DNA from: Deltaproteobacteria bacterium
GTDB taxonomy: Bacteria; Desulfobacterota; Syntrophobacteria; BM002
Reading direction: 5' to 3'
DNA: 34,026 bases
Assembly (NCBI GenBank): GCA_020350905.1
Contig: CP070843.1
Span: 1,074,584 to 1,108,609 of the forward strand
Below, in pieces: positions 1 to 9,099 of the stretch (position 1 is the stretch's first letter; every line of letters begins with the position of its first letter). The position numbers and the translations under genes are program-made. Below the pieces are notes generated by a model, which searched no databases, had not been told where the DNA came from, and saw only the letters and a list, made by a program, of their open reading frames with translations.

Positions 1-1
1 C

Positions 2-541
2 TCGGCTGCACGCTGCAATCTGGCGGCAGTGAACTACCATTTTGGCAAGAAAGAAAATCTTTATCTGGAGGTTTTCCGTTCTCGTTGGGCACCCCGTGCT
101 ACGCGAATACGTGAGAGTTTCAGGAAGGCCTTGGCGGGGCAAGACTCCCTGTCGCCCCCCAAAGTAGTGAGGGCTCTGGCCCAGGCCTTCGTGGAAGGCC
201 CGCTATCGGATGAAGAGCGTCTTCGCCATAGTCAACTAATGACCAGGGAAATGACCAAACCCACCAGGGCTTTTGAGCTTGTGGCCCAGGAGGTAATTCA
301 ACCCTTTTTCAAAGAGTTTGCCGACAAGTTGCGTTCTATTCAAACCGATAAAGTGGGCCAGGAACAGATGCTGCTCAACACCTTCAGCATCTTCTCAATG
401 GTGCTTTATTTTAATTTCGCCAGAGTGGCGGTCAGTCGTCTCACCGGACGTGAATATGACACCGCTTTCAGGGCTCGCTTGGTGGAACAGATCACTCAGT
501 TTTCTCTTCAAGGTTTGGGTGTAAGTGAAATGGAGGCGTAA
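2..541 (+). CDS. TetR/AcrR-family transcriptional regulator, 5'-truncated by the window edge
   Basis: The frame stays open back to base 2 (SAARCNLAAVNYHFGKKENLYLEVF...). The LAAVNYHFGxKExLY block is the typical end of a TetR HTH, so the track's M at 29 is an internal GTG (Val). Stop TAA is at 539-541, 2 nt before the efflux OMF start. Confidence 0.85.
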   Translation, partial: SAARCNLAAVNYHFGKKENLYLEVFRSRWAPRATRIRESFRKALAGQDSLSPPKVVRALAQAFVEGPLSDEERLRHSQLMTREMTKPTRAFELVAQEVIQPFFKEFADKLRSIQTDKVGQEQMLLNTFSIFSMVLYFNFARVAVSRLTGREYDTAFRARLVEQITQFSLQGLGVSEMEA

Positions 542-543
542 AG

Positions 544-2022
544 GTGAAGCGCTCATTGATGTATACTCACATGGCCCTGATTGTTATCTTCATAGTGACT
601 GGTTGCATGAAGCTGGGCCCCGATTATCAAAAACCCGATATTGGTTTTCAAGTGCCTGCGGGTTACCAGTACACCCCCACCGAACTGGCGATACCGGAGC
701 CTGTTGACCAGTGGTGGCTTATTTTCAATGACCCGGAGTTGAATCAGTTAGTGGAAGAGGTGCTTAAAAACAACCTGGATCTAAGAATTGCTACAGCGGC
801 GGTCCTCGAGGTACGAGCGCAACTGGTTTCAACCCGGGCCGATCGTTTTCCTCAGGTGAACATTCAGGCTGGAGCAGAGAGACAGCAAAGACCGGAACAG
901 GTTTCAGTGCCTGGGCAGGCCTTTTCCGTCGATAGAGAAATTACAACGTATGATCTATCATTGCCCGCTTCCTTTGAGATTGACCTATGGGGTCGTCTTG
1001 CTCGGGCCGAAGAGGCTGCGCGGGCTAATCTGCTGGAAGCCGAGGAAGACCGTCGCACCGTGGCTCAAACCGTGGTGGCGGAGGCCATCACCCTCTATTT
1101 GCAGATGGAGTCTTTTGAGCGGGCAATAGAAATTGCCGAACGACTGGTGGAATCCTTCCGCCGCAGCCTGACTCTCGTGGAGAGCAGATACAAGAGAGGC
1201 CTGACCTCTGTCTTGGACGTAAGACAGGCCCGAAGAGTTCTGGCCGGGGCCCAAGCAACTCTTCCGTCCCTGCGACAAGACTTAGGCACCACGCAACAGG
1301 CACTGGCCGTCCTCTTGGGACGCTATCCCGAAACCCGGCCACCTCGGCTGCAGCCGGAGGACTATTACAAACGACTTGATCCAGTGCCACCGGGTCTGCC
1401 CTCTGAACTCCTGCTTCGACGCCCGGACATCAGAGCCGCCGAGGCACAACTGGTGGCGTTGAACGCTCTGGTTGGTGTGGCTAAGGCCAGCCGCTTCCCC
1501 CGGATTGTATTGACAGGCACGTACGGCTACACCAGCGAAGATCTAGACCGGCTTTTTAAGCCCGAAAATGAATTGTGGAACATTGCTCTGGGCATAGCGC
1601 AGCCACTATTTGATGCTGGCAAGTTGCAGGCAGGCCAACGGGCGGCTGAGGCAAGATACCAACAGGGGGTGGTTACCTACGCCAAAACAGTCCTAACCGC
1701 CTTTGCTGAAGTAGAAGGCGCCTTCCTGACTCGGGAGGAACAGTTGAAACGTCGGGATTATGTGGTTAAGTTTCTGCGTGAGGCGCGAGAGGCACAGAGG
1801 ATAGCTGAGAGTCGATATGAAAAGGGACTGGTTGATTTTCTCACTGTATTGGACACCCAGCGGACCAGATTTCAAGCCGAAAGTGATTTGGTGGATGTTG
1901 ATTTCGTGCTTCTCAACAACCGCGTCAATCTCCACCGGGCTCTGGGCGGCGGCTGGGCGTATCCGGGGCCGGTCATGGTTAAAAAGCGAAATGAAACCAC
2001 GAAGAACACGAAGGGAGATTAA
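544..2022 (+). CDS. RND efflux outer-membrane factor lipoprotein (NodT family)
   Basis: GTG start. Signal peptide with lipobox ...FIVTGC, followed by GPDYQKPD, which is typical of NodT lipoproteins. Two OEP-type helical repeats. First structural gene of a tripartite efflux operon. Confidence 0.93.
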   Translation: MKRSLMYTHMALIVIFIVTGCMKLGPDYQKPDIGFQVPAGYQYTPTELAIPEPVDQWWLIFNDPELNQLVEEVLKNNLDLRIATAAVLEVRAQLVSTRADRFPQVNIQAGAERQQRPEQVSVPGQAFSVDREITTYDLSLPASFEIDLWGRLARAEEAARANLLEAEEDRRTVAQTVVAEAITLYLQMESFERAIEIAERLVESFRRSLTLVESRYKRGLTSVLDVRQARRVLAGAQATLPSLRQDLGTTQQALAVLLGRYPETRPPRLQPEDYYKRLDPVPPGLPSELLLRRPDIRAAEAQLVALNALVGVAKASRFPRIVLTGTYGYTSEDLDRLFKPENELWNIALGIAQPLFDAGKLQAGQRAAEARYQQGVVTYAKTVLTAFAEVEGAFLTREEQLKRRDYVVKFLREAREAQRIAESRYEKGLVDFLTVLDTQRTRFQAESDLVDVDFVLLNNRVNLHRALGGGWAYPGPVMVKKRNETTKNTKGD

Positions 2023-2148
2023 ACCAAGAAGAACACGAAGGGGCACGAAGAAGATTTCAGATTGTAGATTGGCACAGGTGTGAACTGGAAGATTTCGCAA
2101 TCTGTGATCATCAATCTGAGATTACATCCCTTCGTGCTCTTCGTGGTT
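1995..2148. repeat. Long imperfect palindrome spanning the OMF stop and the OMF-MFP spacer
   Basis: The 22-nt arms aaccacgaagaacacgaaggga (1995-2016) and tcccttcgtgctcttcgtggtt (2127-2148) are 21/22 complementary. Nested inner pairs are cagattg 2058-2064 and tagattg 2065-2071 versus caatctg 2098-2104 and 2112-2118. gaagatttc is a direct repeat at 2050-2058 and 2088-2096. gaagaacacgaaggg is repeated at 2001-2015 and 2029-2043. Confidence 0.7.
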
Positions 2149-2182
2149 AAATACAACCTGCGCAAATGGAGACTTACCCAAT

Positions 2183-3388
2183 ATGAGTCCCAGGAAAAAA
2201 CGATTTGTTCAGTTTGGCATTAGTGTGGTTCTCATCGCCGTGGGTGTCGTGGGCTTTCTTGTAATGACGGCGAGTAAACCTGAAATGAAGAAGCGCAAAC
2301 CTCCCGCCCCTGTGCCAATGGTGCGGACCATCCAGACAAATAGAGGTCCGCAGACCGTGTACATCAGGGGCGAGGGCACGGTTCGACCATTGCGAGAAAT
2401 CAATCTGGTGCCGGAAGTGGGCGGCAAGGTGGTACGCGTGTCTCCAGCCTTGGTTAATGGAGGCGTATTTGGAAAAGATAACACTTTGCTTCAAATCGAC
2501 CCGGTGGATTACGAGTTGGCCGTAACCCTGGCCAAAGCCAAGGTAAAGGACGCTGAGAGTCGGCTCGAATTGGCCGAGGAAGAGGCCTTAGCAGCAGTGG
2601 AAGAGTGGCGTTTACTCTATCCAAATAGTTCCAGCGAAGATAAAAAGCCTCCGGCTCTCGTGGCCAAGGAACCACAGTTGGCAGCAGCACAGGCTAGATT
2701 GGAGGCTGACAAGGCGGACCTACGCAAAGCTCTCTTGAATCTGGAACGCACCAGACTGAAGGCCCCTTTTGATGGACGAGTGGGTGAGGAAAAAGTCGAT
2801 ATTGGTCAATATGTCTCTCCTGGTCAGACCCTGGGGACTCTCTATTCCACTGAGGCGGCCGAGATTGTTGTGCCTCTCGAAGGGGGAGATTTGTTCTGGT
2901 TTGATGTACCCGCTTTCACCTCAACAGATGGACGTGGGGCTTCTGCGGTGGTTCGGGCCAGTATTGCGGGCCGTGCATTGAGTTGGCCAGGGAAAGTAGT
3001 CCGGACTGAAGGAAGGTTGGATGAGCGAACGCGGATGATTCATGTGGTGGTGCGGGTGGATAAACCCTATGCCAGGAAGCCGCCACTCGTCTTCGGGCTT
3101 TTTGTAACGGTGGAGATCGAAGGCCGCAAAATCGAGAACGCAGCGATTATTCCTCGCGGAGCACTTCATCAGAGCAATGTCGTCTGGGTATTAGACAAAG
3201 AAAGTCGTCTTCGCTTCCGAGAAGTGGAGGTTGCCAGGGTTCAGGGTAACGAGGTTCTTGTTACCAAGGGTTTAGCGGATGGAGAAACAGTGATCACAAC
3301 GCCTCTGAAGGCTGTTACCGATGGGATGGCCGTACGTAAAGTGTCAGAGCGATCAGGGGTCAGCAATGAGCGGTCAGCGGCCAAGTAA
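2183..3388 (+). CDS. RND efflux periplasmic adaptor (membrane fusion protein, HlyD/AcrA family)
   Basis: N-terminal membrane anchor (FGISVVLIAVGVVGFLVM), a coiled-coil hairpin region (AKAKVKDAESRLELAEEE... AQARLEADKADLRKA), then LKAPFDGRVG beta-barrel motifs. Lies between the OMF and RND genes. Confidence 0.93.
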   Translation: MSPRKKRFVQFGISVVLIAVGVVGFLVMTASKPEMKKRKPPAPVPMVRTIQTNRGPQTVYIRGEGTVRPLREINLVPEVGGKVVRVSPALVNGGVFGKDNTLLQIDPVDYELAVTLAKAKVKDAESRLELAEEEALAAVEEWRLLYPNSSSEDKKPPALVAKEPQLAAAQARLEADKADLRKALLNLERTRLKAPFDGRVGEEKVDIGQYVSPGQTLGTLYSTEAAEIVVPLEGGDLFWFDVPAFTSTDGRGASAVVRASIAGRALSWPGKVVRTEGRLDERTRMIHVVVRVDKPYARKPPLVFGLFVTVEIEGRKIENAAIIPRGALHQSNVVWVLDKESRLRFREVEVARVQGNEVLVTKGLADGETVITTPLKAVTDGMAVRKVSERSGVSNERSAAK

Positions 3389-3443
3389 GAACTCGGAACT
3401 TTCACAATTTTGGATTTCTGATTTCGGTATGTTTTCTAATAAT

Positions 3444-3500
3444 TTTAGGCAATTTAGCTCACTTTAGTGAACTTTAGGCATTTAATATACTTTAGGCACC
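3444..3500. promoter_or_regulatory. Helically phased TTTAG(G) direct repeats in the MFP-RND spacer, with a possible internal promoter
   Basis: TTTAG starts at 3444, 3453, 3463, 3473 and 3491, giving spacings of 9, 10, 10 and 18 nt. ACTTTAGGCA occurs twice (3471-3480, 3489-3498). TATACT at 3486-3491 is a plausible -10, with TTTAGT 17 nt upstream. The function is not demonstrated. Confidence 0.35.
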
Positions 3501-3520
3501 TATTCAACTGAGGGCTTACT

Positions 3521-6500
3521 ATGAAAGGCGCCGTTGCCTGGTTTGCCGAGAATCACGTTGCCGCCAATCTACTGATGCTTTTTCTCTTGTTGGCCGGTGC
3601 GGTAACAGGGCTGACCACCAAGCTTGAGATATTTCCCGAGACCTCACTGGACATGATTTCCATCACCATGGAATACCCCGGTGCTTCGCCGGCAGAGGTT
3701 GAGGAGGCCATCGTCCGGAGAATTGAAGAAAAAGTGGCGGGGTTGGCCGGCATCAAGCGGATTGATTCAGTAGCCAGAGAATCGTTTGCGACGGTTACCA
3801 TTGAGGTCGTGAACGATTGGGATTTGCAGGAACTCCTGGATGAAGTAAAGGCAGAGGTAGACCGGATCACCACCTTTCCCAACGAAGCCGAAGAGCCGAT
3901 TGTCCGAGAAGTGACCCGGCGGCGCCAGGTTCTGAATGTCACGGTCTTTGGCAATGCACCTGAGTCAACGATCAAACACCTGACTGAGAGAATAAAAGAC
4001 GACATAACCAATTTGCCTGGCATTACCCTGGCCGAACTCGCAGGTCTCCGCAAGGGAGAAATTCACATCGAAGTCTCCGAGGAATCTCTCCGGCGTTATG
4101 GTCTCACCTTGGGCAGGGTCGCCGAGGCGGTTCGAAGGGCGAGCCTGGATCTGCCGGCGGGTAGCGTCAAGACGGCGGGGGGCGAGATCCTGGTCAGGAC
4201 CAAGGGTCGTCGTTACTACGCGGCGGACTATCGAGATATCGCTGTAATTTCCAGGACCGATGGCAGCAAGGTCACTCTTGGCCAGATCGCCGAGCTCAGA
4301 GATGGCTTCGAGGATGTGGATCTTTTTACCAGATTTCAGGGCAAACCAGCCGGCCTTATCGAAGTCTACAGGGTTGCCGATCAGAACGCCCTGGAAGTGG
4401 CCGCTACTGTCAAACAGTATATCGAGGAGATCAGGCCAAGCCTGCCAGAAGGAGTGGACATTAGTATCTATCGGGACAGGTCGAGAATACTGAAAAGCAG
4501 AATTCGGCTGTTGCTGAAAAACATGGCCCTCGGCCTGATCCTGGTGAGTATACTCCTGGGAATGTTCCTGAATGCGCGCCTTGCCTTTTGGGTCACCCTC
4601 GGGATACCCATATCCTTTATGTTTGGGCTGATGGCCTTGCCCACCTTTGACGTCTCCATCAACATGATCTCCCTGTTCGCCTTCATCATGGTTCTGGGTA
4701 TCGTGGTGGATGACGCTATAGTCGTGGGTGAGAATATTTTTCGGAGGCAGGAGGAGGGGCTCGAACCTCTGGAAGGAGCAGTGCAGGGCGCGCTGGAGGT
4801 AGGGCGGCCGGTGATTTTTGCAGTCCTGACCACGGTGGCTGCCTTCTATCCCCTACTCTTGGGTAGTGGCGTCATGGGGAAACTCATCCGCAACATTCCC
4901 ACTGTGGTCATTCTGGTGCTGCTGGGCTCTCTGGTGGAATGTTTGTTGATTCTCCCGGCCCACCTGGTGGCATCCAAACACCGAGCAAAGCGAAGCATGG
5001 AGGAAAAGCGCACGGCCCGCTGGCTGAAATGGTTCATCAGGCGGCCTTATAGCTGGGCGGTGGATTTTTGTGTGCGCTGGCGTTATGCCACAGTTGCGCT
5101 GGGTATCGCCATCTTGTTGGTGACTGTGGGAATATGGCAGGCAGGCTGGATCAAGTTTACCCTTTTTCCAAAGGTTGAAAGTGACTTTTTGAGATGTAGA
5201 TTGACCATGCCGGCAGGTACACCTGTGGAGCGGACAGCAGAAATTGCCGGTCTCTTGGAGCAGGCCGGTAAAGAGGCCCTGGCCGAAGCAGACGAGAAGC
5301 GGTCCAAAGATGCGCCCTCGCTCTTGAAGGGTATCATCACCAGAGTAGGGCGGCACGGCAGAGGGAGCGGTCCGATGGCCAGTGGACCACAGTCGGGGAG
5401 CCATTTGGCCCAGATCACAATAGAGCTCCTAGAGGGAGAGAAAAGGGATGTGACCGCAACTCAACTCGGCAACCTATGGCGCCAGAAGGTGGGCGTTGTA
5501 CCGGATGCCGAGGCCATTTCTTACCAGAGTGTACTCTTCAGCGCCGGCAATGCCGTTGAGATTCATATGTCGCTGGACGATCACGACATGCTGGAGGCGG
5601 CGGCAGAGGAACTGCAAGCGGAGCTTAAAACCTACCCCGGGGTATTCGATGTAAGTGACAGCTTCCTACCGGGCAAAGACGAGATGCAGCTCAAACTGAA
5701 ACTGGCTGCCCGCAGTTTAGGTTTGACCCTGGATGATCTAGCCAAGCAGGTCCGGCATGCTTTCTACGGTGCCGAGGCCCTCCGCTTGCAGCGTGATCAG
5801 GATGAGGTCAAGGTTATGGTACGGTACCCGGAGTCCAAGCGTAAGTCTCTGGGTTCCGTTGAGGATATGTACATCCGGACGCCGGACGGCTCCGAGGTCC
5901 CGTTCAACGAGGTGGCCGAAGTGAAAATGGAGGAGGGCTACGCCGCTATCGAACGAGCTCAGCGTTTCCGGGTAATCAAGGTGACGGCTGACGTGGATGA
6001 GACTATCACCAACGCCAATGAAGTGCGTGTAGATCTGGAAAGTCGGGTCATGCCGAAACTGAAACTGCGTTATCCAGGCTTGCGCTACACCATGGAAGGG
6101 GAAGGAAAGGAACAGAAGGAGTCCCTGGACGATATTATCAGTGGCTTTGTTATCGCGCTCTTTCTCATTTACGCTCTGTTGGCCATTCCGTTCAAGTCCT
6201 TTTCGCAGCCCTTTGTGGTCATGTCGGCCATTCCTTTCGGCATCGTGGGCGCTGTGTTCGGACATTTGCTCATGGGTCTTAACCTGAGCCTTTTAAGTTT
6301 GTTTGGCATCGTCGGTCTGACTGGCGTGGTGGTCAATGACTCCCTGGTGCTGGTACACGCTACCAATCGTATTCGCAGAGAGGGCGCCAGTGTACATGAC
6401 GCTATTACTCGGGGTGGGGCCCTGAGGTTCAGGGCCGTCATTCTAACTTCTTTGACTACCTTTGCCGGCTTGACGCCAATGATTTTGGAACGCAGCCTCC

Positions 6501-6664
6501 AGGCTCAATTTCTCATACCCATGGCCGTCAGTCTCGGGTTCGGTGTACTATTTGCCACCTTCATCACCCTGCTCCTGGTCCCCTGCGGCTACGTGATCCT
6601 GGATGACTTACAGAAACTTGTGGCGAAGCTGAAAGCTAAGGTCACTTCACGCGCTACAGCATGA
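3521..6664 (+). CDS. RND efflux permease (AcrB/AcrD/AcrF family inner-membrane transporter)
   Basis: 1047 aa with a 12-TM architecture and two large periplasmic loops. Conserved TM4/TM10-type blocks VVDDAIVVGENI and GVVVNDSLVLV. GAGGG Shine-Dalgarno 8 nt upstream. Confidence 0.97.
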   Translation: MKGAVAWFAENHVAANLLMLFLLLAGAVTGLTTKLEIFPETSLDMISITMEYPGASPAEVEEAIVRRIEEKVAGLAGIKRIDSVARESFATVTIEVVNDWDLQELLDEVKAEVDRITTFPNEAEEPIVREVTRRRQVLNVTVFGNAPESTIKHLTERIKDDITNLPGITLAELAGLRKGEIHIEVSEESLRRYGLTLGRVAEAVRRASLDLPAGSVKTAGGEILVRTKGRRYYAADYRDIAVISRTDGSKVTLGQIAELRDGFEDVDLFTRFQGKPAGLIEVYRVADQNALEVAATVKQYIEEIRPSLPEGVDISIYRDRSRILKSRIRLLLKNMALGLILVSILLGMFLNARLAFWVTLGIPISFMFGLMALPTFDVSINMISLFAFIMVLGIVVDDAIVVGENIFRRQEEGLEPLEGAVQGALEVGRPVIFAVLTTVAAFYPLLLGSGVMGKLIRNIPTVVILVLLGSLVECLLILPAHLVASKHRAKRSMEEKRTARWLKWFIRRPYSWAVDFCVRWRYATVALGIAILLVTVGIWQAGWIKFTLFPKVESDFLRCRLTMPAGTPVERTAEIAGLLEQAGKEALAEADEKRSKDAPSLLKGIITRVGRHGRGSGPMASGPQSGSHLAQITIELLEGEKRDVTATQLGNLWRQKVGVVPDAEAISYQSVLFSAGNAVEIHMSLDDHDMLEAAAEELQAELKTYPGVFDVSDSFLPGKDEMQLKLKLAARSLGLTLDDLAKQVRHAFYGAEALRLQRDQDEVKVMVRYPESKRKSLGSVEDMYIRTPDGSEVPFNEVAEVKMEEGYAAIERAQRFRVIKVTADVDETITNANEVRVDLESRVMPKLKLRYPGLRYTMEGEGKEQKESLDDIISGFVIALFLIYALLAIPFKSFSQPFVVMSAIPFGIVGAVFGHLLMGLNLSLLSLFGIVGLTGVVVNDSLVLVHATNRIRREGASVHDAITRGGALRFRAVILTSLTTFAGLTPMILERSLQAQFLIPMAVSLGFGVLFATFITLLLVPCGYVILDDLQKLVAKLKAKVTSRATA

Positions 6665-6714
6665 TTCAACTACTTTCGTTTCAATACTGCCATCTGCTAG
6701 CTGCCAGCTGCTCT

Positions 6715-7563
6715 CTATCTTCTTGGGTATCTGCGATCGAAACCACGCCCCCTGGCAGCCTTTCTCTTCAGTCTTTTCAGCATTTCTGCAAAGCGGCTAA
6801 TAGTCTGGAAATAGGCCTCGCCACAGCGCAACAGGATGTCATTGTGACCGCAGCCAGGGGCGAGCAACAGCTGCTTTCTCATGGAACCCGAGTTTGCAAG
6901 TAAAATATCAGCATCCTCTAGAGGGATTATCTCGTCCTTTTCGCCATGAATAATGAGGGTGGGCTTCCCTATATCTCTAATCTTGCCAAAATTCCCGAAG
7001 CCATCCATTTCGGAGATTCCCAGGGTGTTCGTTGCCACTCCTAACCGATTGAGGAGGGGAACGGTCCTTGCGAAAGCACTATCGAGTATCAGGCCAGCAA
7101 TCTCGCCTTGATAGCAGCAGGCTATTTCTAGAACCGGTGCGCTTCCAAGAGATCTTCCCATGATGATAATTAGCCCGGTTCGGCCCTGGCCCTCCAGCCA
7201 ACACCGCACCTCTCTGAAGGCGGTGTGTGAGTCAGAAAGCAGGTTGCTGGCGGTGGGTAATCCAGTGCTCTGTCCGTAACCCCGGTAATCCACCACTAGA
7301 AAACTGATTCCGTAGTTGTTGTACACCGGCCCGATGGCGTCATAGTCGCTTGCGATCTCACCATTACCGTGAAAAAAGAGAATATGGGGCTCTCCGGGGT
7401 CAGCAGGATAGAAGCGTGCGCCCAGTTGCACCCCTTCTTCAACAGGTATGAAGAAATCAAGGGCACCCTGGGACGCAGCTTGTACGTGATCCTTCCGAGG
7501 GTGAAACAAGTACTTCAGTACCGCTGGCTGATCCAGCGATGATACATCGCAACCTGGTCGCAT
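6715..7563 (-). CDS. alpha/beta hydrolase
   Basis: HGNG oxyanion motif (FFHGNGE), nucleophile elbow GRSLG, and C-terminal Asp/His (EKDEII, GCGHND). GAGGA Shine-Dalgarno 7 nt upstream of the ATG. Confidence 0.88.
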   Translation of the reverse strand: MRPGCDVSSLDQPAVLKYLFHPRKDHVQAASQGALDFFIPVEEGVQLGARFYPADPGEPHILFFHGNGEIASDYDAIGPVYNNYGISFLVVDYRGYGQSTGLPTASNLLSDSHTAFREVRCWLEGQGRTGLIIIMGRSLGSAPVLEIACCYQGEIAGLILDSAFARTVPLLNRLGVATNTLGISEMDGFGNFGKIRDIGKPTLIIHGEKDEIIPLEDADILLANSGSMRKQLLLAPGCGHNDILLRCGEAYFQTISRFAEMLKRLKRKAARGRGFDRRYPRR

Positions 7564-7597
7564 TAGCGTGTCCTCTTTCCTCTTTCATTCGCGTAAT

Positions 7598-7618
7598 AGA
7601 TATGAGATGTGAGATACA
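7598..7618. repeat. Heptamer tandem repeat AGATRTG x3
   Basis: agatatg agatgtg agataca, followed by an A8 run. Lies in the leader/promoter region of the 6715-7563 gene. Confidence 0.6.
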
Positions 7619-7832
7619 AAAAAAACATGTCCGTCTCAGATTTCACATCCTCAATCCGAAATTCTACCCCATGCTCGATGGCTAAAGTCTGTTGAGCCGG
7701 TTAGGCTCACTTAGCCGGTTTTGCCGGACGGATTTAGCAATCAGCTGTTAGCCGTCAGCGATCAGCTTAATTTCAAATGTCCTATAGGAGTAAGCTTCGC
7801 TTGCGATCTTAACGCTCCTACCTATTACAACG

Positions 7833-7878
7833 AATGACAGCGCAGCGTAGTGACCTAATGACGCCGAAGGCTAGTGAC
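7833..7878. repeat. GTCAT/ATGAC-box mosaic element, half copy A
   Basis: Two 24-nt units, aATGAC-N10-aGTGAC-NN: aatgacagcgcagcgtagtgacct and aatgacgccgaaggctagtgaccc. Its reverse complement shares gtcactagccttc with copy B. Confidence 0.75.
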
Positions 7879-7926
7879 CCACATCGCCTTACGCCCTGTG
7901 CCCTAAGCCTTGCACCTCTCCTCATT

Positions 7927-7968
7927 CCGCAATCCGCAATCCGCAATCCCAAATCCCCTCATCCCACA
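7927..7968. repeat. Heptamer tandem repeat CCGCAAT x3 plus degenerate units
   Basis: ccgcaat ccgcaat ccgcaat cccaaat cccctca tcccaca. It sits immediately 3' of the M55 peptidase stop on the minus strand. Confidence 0.75.
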
Positions 7969-7980
7969 TCGACTATCCAT

Positions 7981-8913
7981 TCATCTTCTCCGCTTGCTCT
8001 GCGGTAAATATTTGTCTTTCTTGAGCCTTCGGCGTGCCCAGGCCAGGCCGAGCCGGCCAGTCAGGTTATACAAAAATAGCCCGAATGGAAGAATCCTCAC
8101 CGTTAGAGGTGTGAGATAACAGAGCCTGATGAGATCTCTGTAGAGTTCATGGATGCCATCAGCCTCAATGAAAATTCGAGCACCCTCGTGGTCAAAGCCC
8201 CACCTTCGCGCAAGGTTTTGGGCTGTGATTTCGCCACCCCGCCAGGTCACTTCTGCCTGAAAGGGACCATGCGGAGTATATGGCTCCGTTGCCCCGTTGT
8301 TGAGGGAGTGCAGCGCAGCGCTCACTAGGCCGGACCGCCATGATTCGACATCAAACAGTTCAGGACCGGCAGACTTGTCAATTGGATAAGAATCTATTTT
8401 CCTGATTGCAGCTCTTGCCTGTGCACAGGCAGTGGGGCAGCCCGAAAAGAAGATGGGTCTTAACCCATAAGGTGCCAGCGATGCCGAAAAAAGCTCAACC
8501 TCGGCCAGCGGCTTTCTATTCACCTCTAGCCAGCTTATGCGTGAGGTAAGGGTATGAGCCATGAACCCCTCAGTACCTGAAGCAGCATGCAGGCCCAGAA
8601 ACATGACGGCCTGTGCGTTGCCCGGATCTCCTATGCCAGGTGCCGGTCCGCGCTTGTAGCCCAAGACAACCTGAGCTCTCGGATCGATCAGTTCCGAGAG
8701 AAGATTGTAGCCGGTTCGGTGGAAGTCCTTCACTGTGACATGCTTAACACCCGCATCAAGAAGGGCCCTGACCACAGCGTTGACATCCAAGCTCATTTCA
8801 ACACAAGCTTGGCTCCACTCATCGGTCATAAATGATGAGGCTCGATAGTCCCAGCAGCCCGAACTTCCCTCGATGTCGGCGATTATGAGGATATTGTCGA
8901 AGTCAGTTGACAT
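7981..8913 (-). CDS. M55-family (DppA-like) D-aminopeptidase
   Basis: The N-terminus ILIIADIEGSSGCW matches the DppA/M55 DMEG(I/V)xG metal-binding start. The length (310 aa) is compatible with the family. Confidence 0.8.
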   Translation of the reverse strand: MSTDFDNILIIADIEGSSGCWDYRASSFMTDEWSQACVEMSLDVNAVVRALLDAGVKHVTVKDFHRTGYNLLSELIDPRAQVVLGYKRGPAPGIGDPGNAQAVMFLGLHAASGTEGFMAHTLTSRISWLEVNRKPLAEVELFSASLAPYGLRPIFFSGCPTACAQARAAIRKIDSYPIDKSAGPELFDVESWRSGLVSAALHSLNNGATEPYTPHGPFQAEVTWRGGEITAQNLARRWGFDHEGARIFIEADGIHELYRDLIRLCYLTPLTVRILPFGLFLYNLTGRLGLAWARRRLKKDKYLPQSKRRR

Positions 8914-8957
8914 ATTTTCTCGTTGGTCATGTAGATCTTTGATTATTTTACCATCAG

Positions 8958-9074
8958 GTCACTAGCCTTCACTGTCATTACGCAGCGTTGTCAAGCATGG
9001 TAATCTATTGTAACGATCGAATGACAGCCGCAAGGCATAGTGATGGCGTAGCCAAGTGACGCGAAGCATATGAC
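8958..9074. repeat. GTCAT/ATGAC-box mosaic element, copy B
   Basis: Left half: GTCAC 8958, GTCAT 8974, GTCAA 8990. Right half: ATGAC 9021, GTGAT 9039, GTGAC 9056, ATGAC 9070. Small hairpin ggc-gta-gcc between boxes. cgaatgacag is shared with copy A. Confidence 0.75.
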
Positions 9075-9099
9075 TAATCGGTGCCTACCTCAAAGGTAG

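Noticed and set aside
3553-6265. Several 120-183-aa minus-strand ORFs (3553-4053, 4468-4833, 4853-5404, 5083-5418, 5738-6265)
   Set aside because: All are antisense to the 1047-aa RND permease, which has unmistakable family motifs. Their products are Arg/Ser/Pro-rich and low in complexity, as expected for antisense frames.
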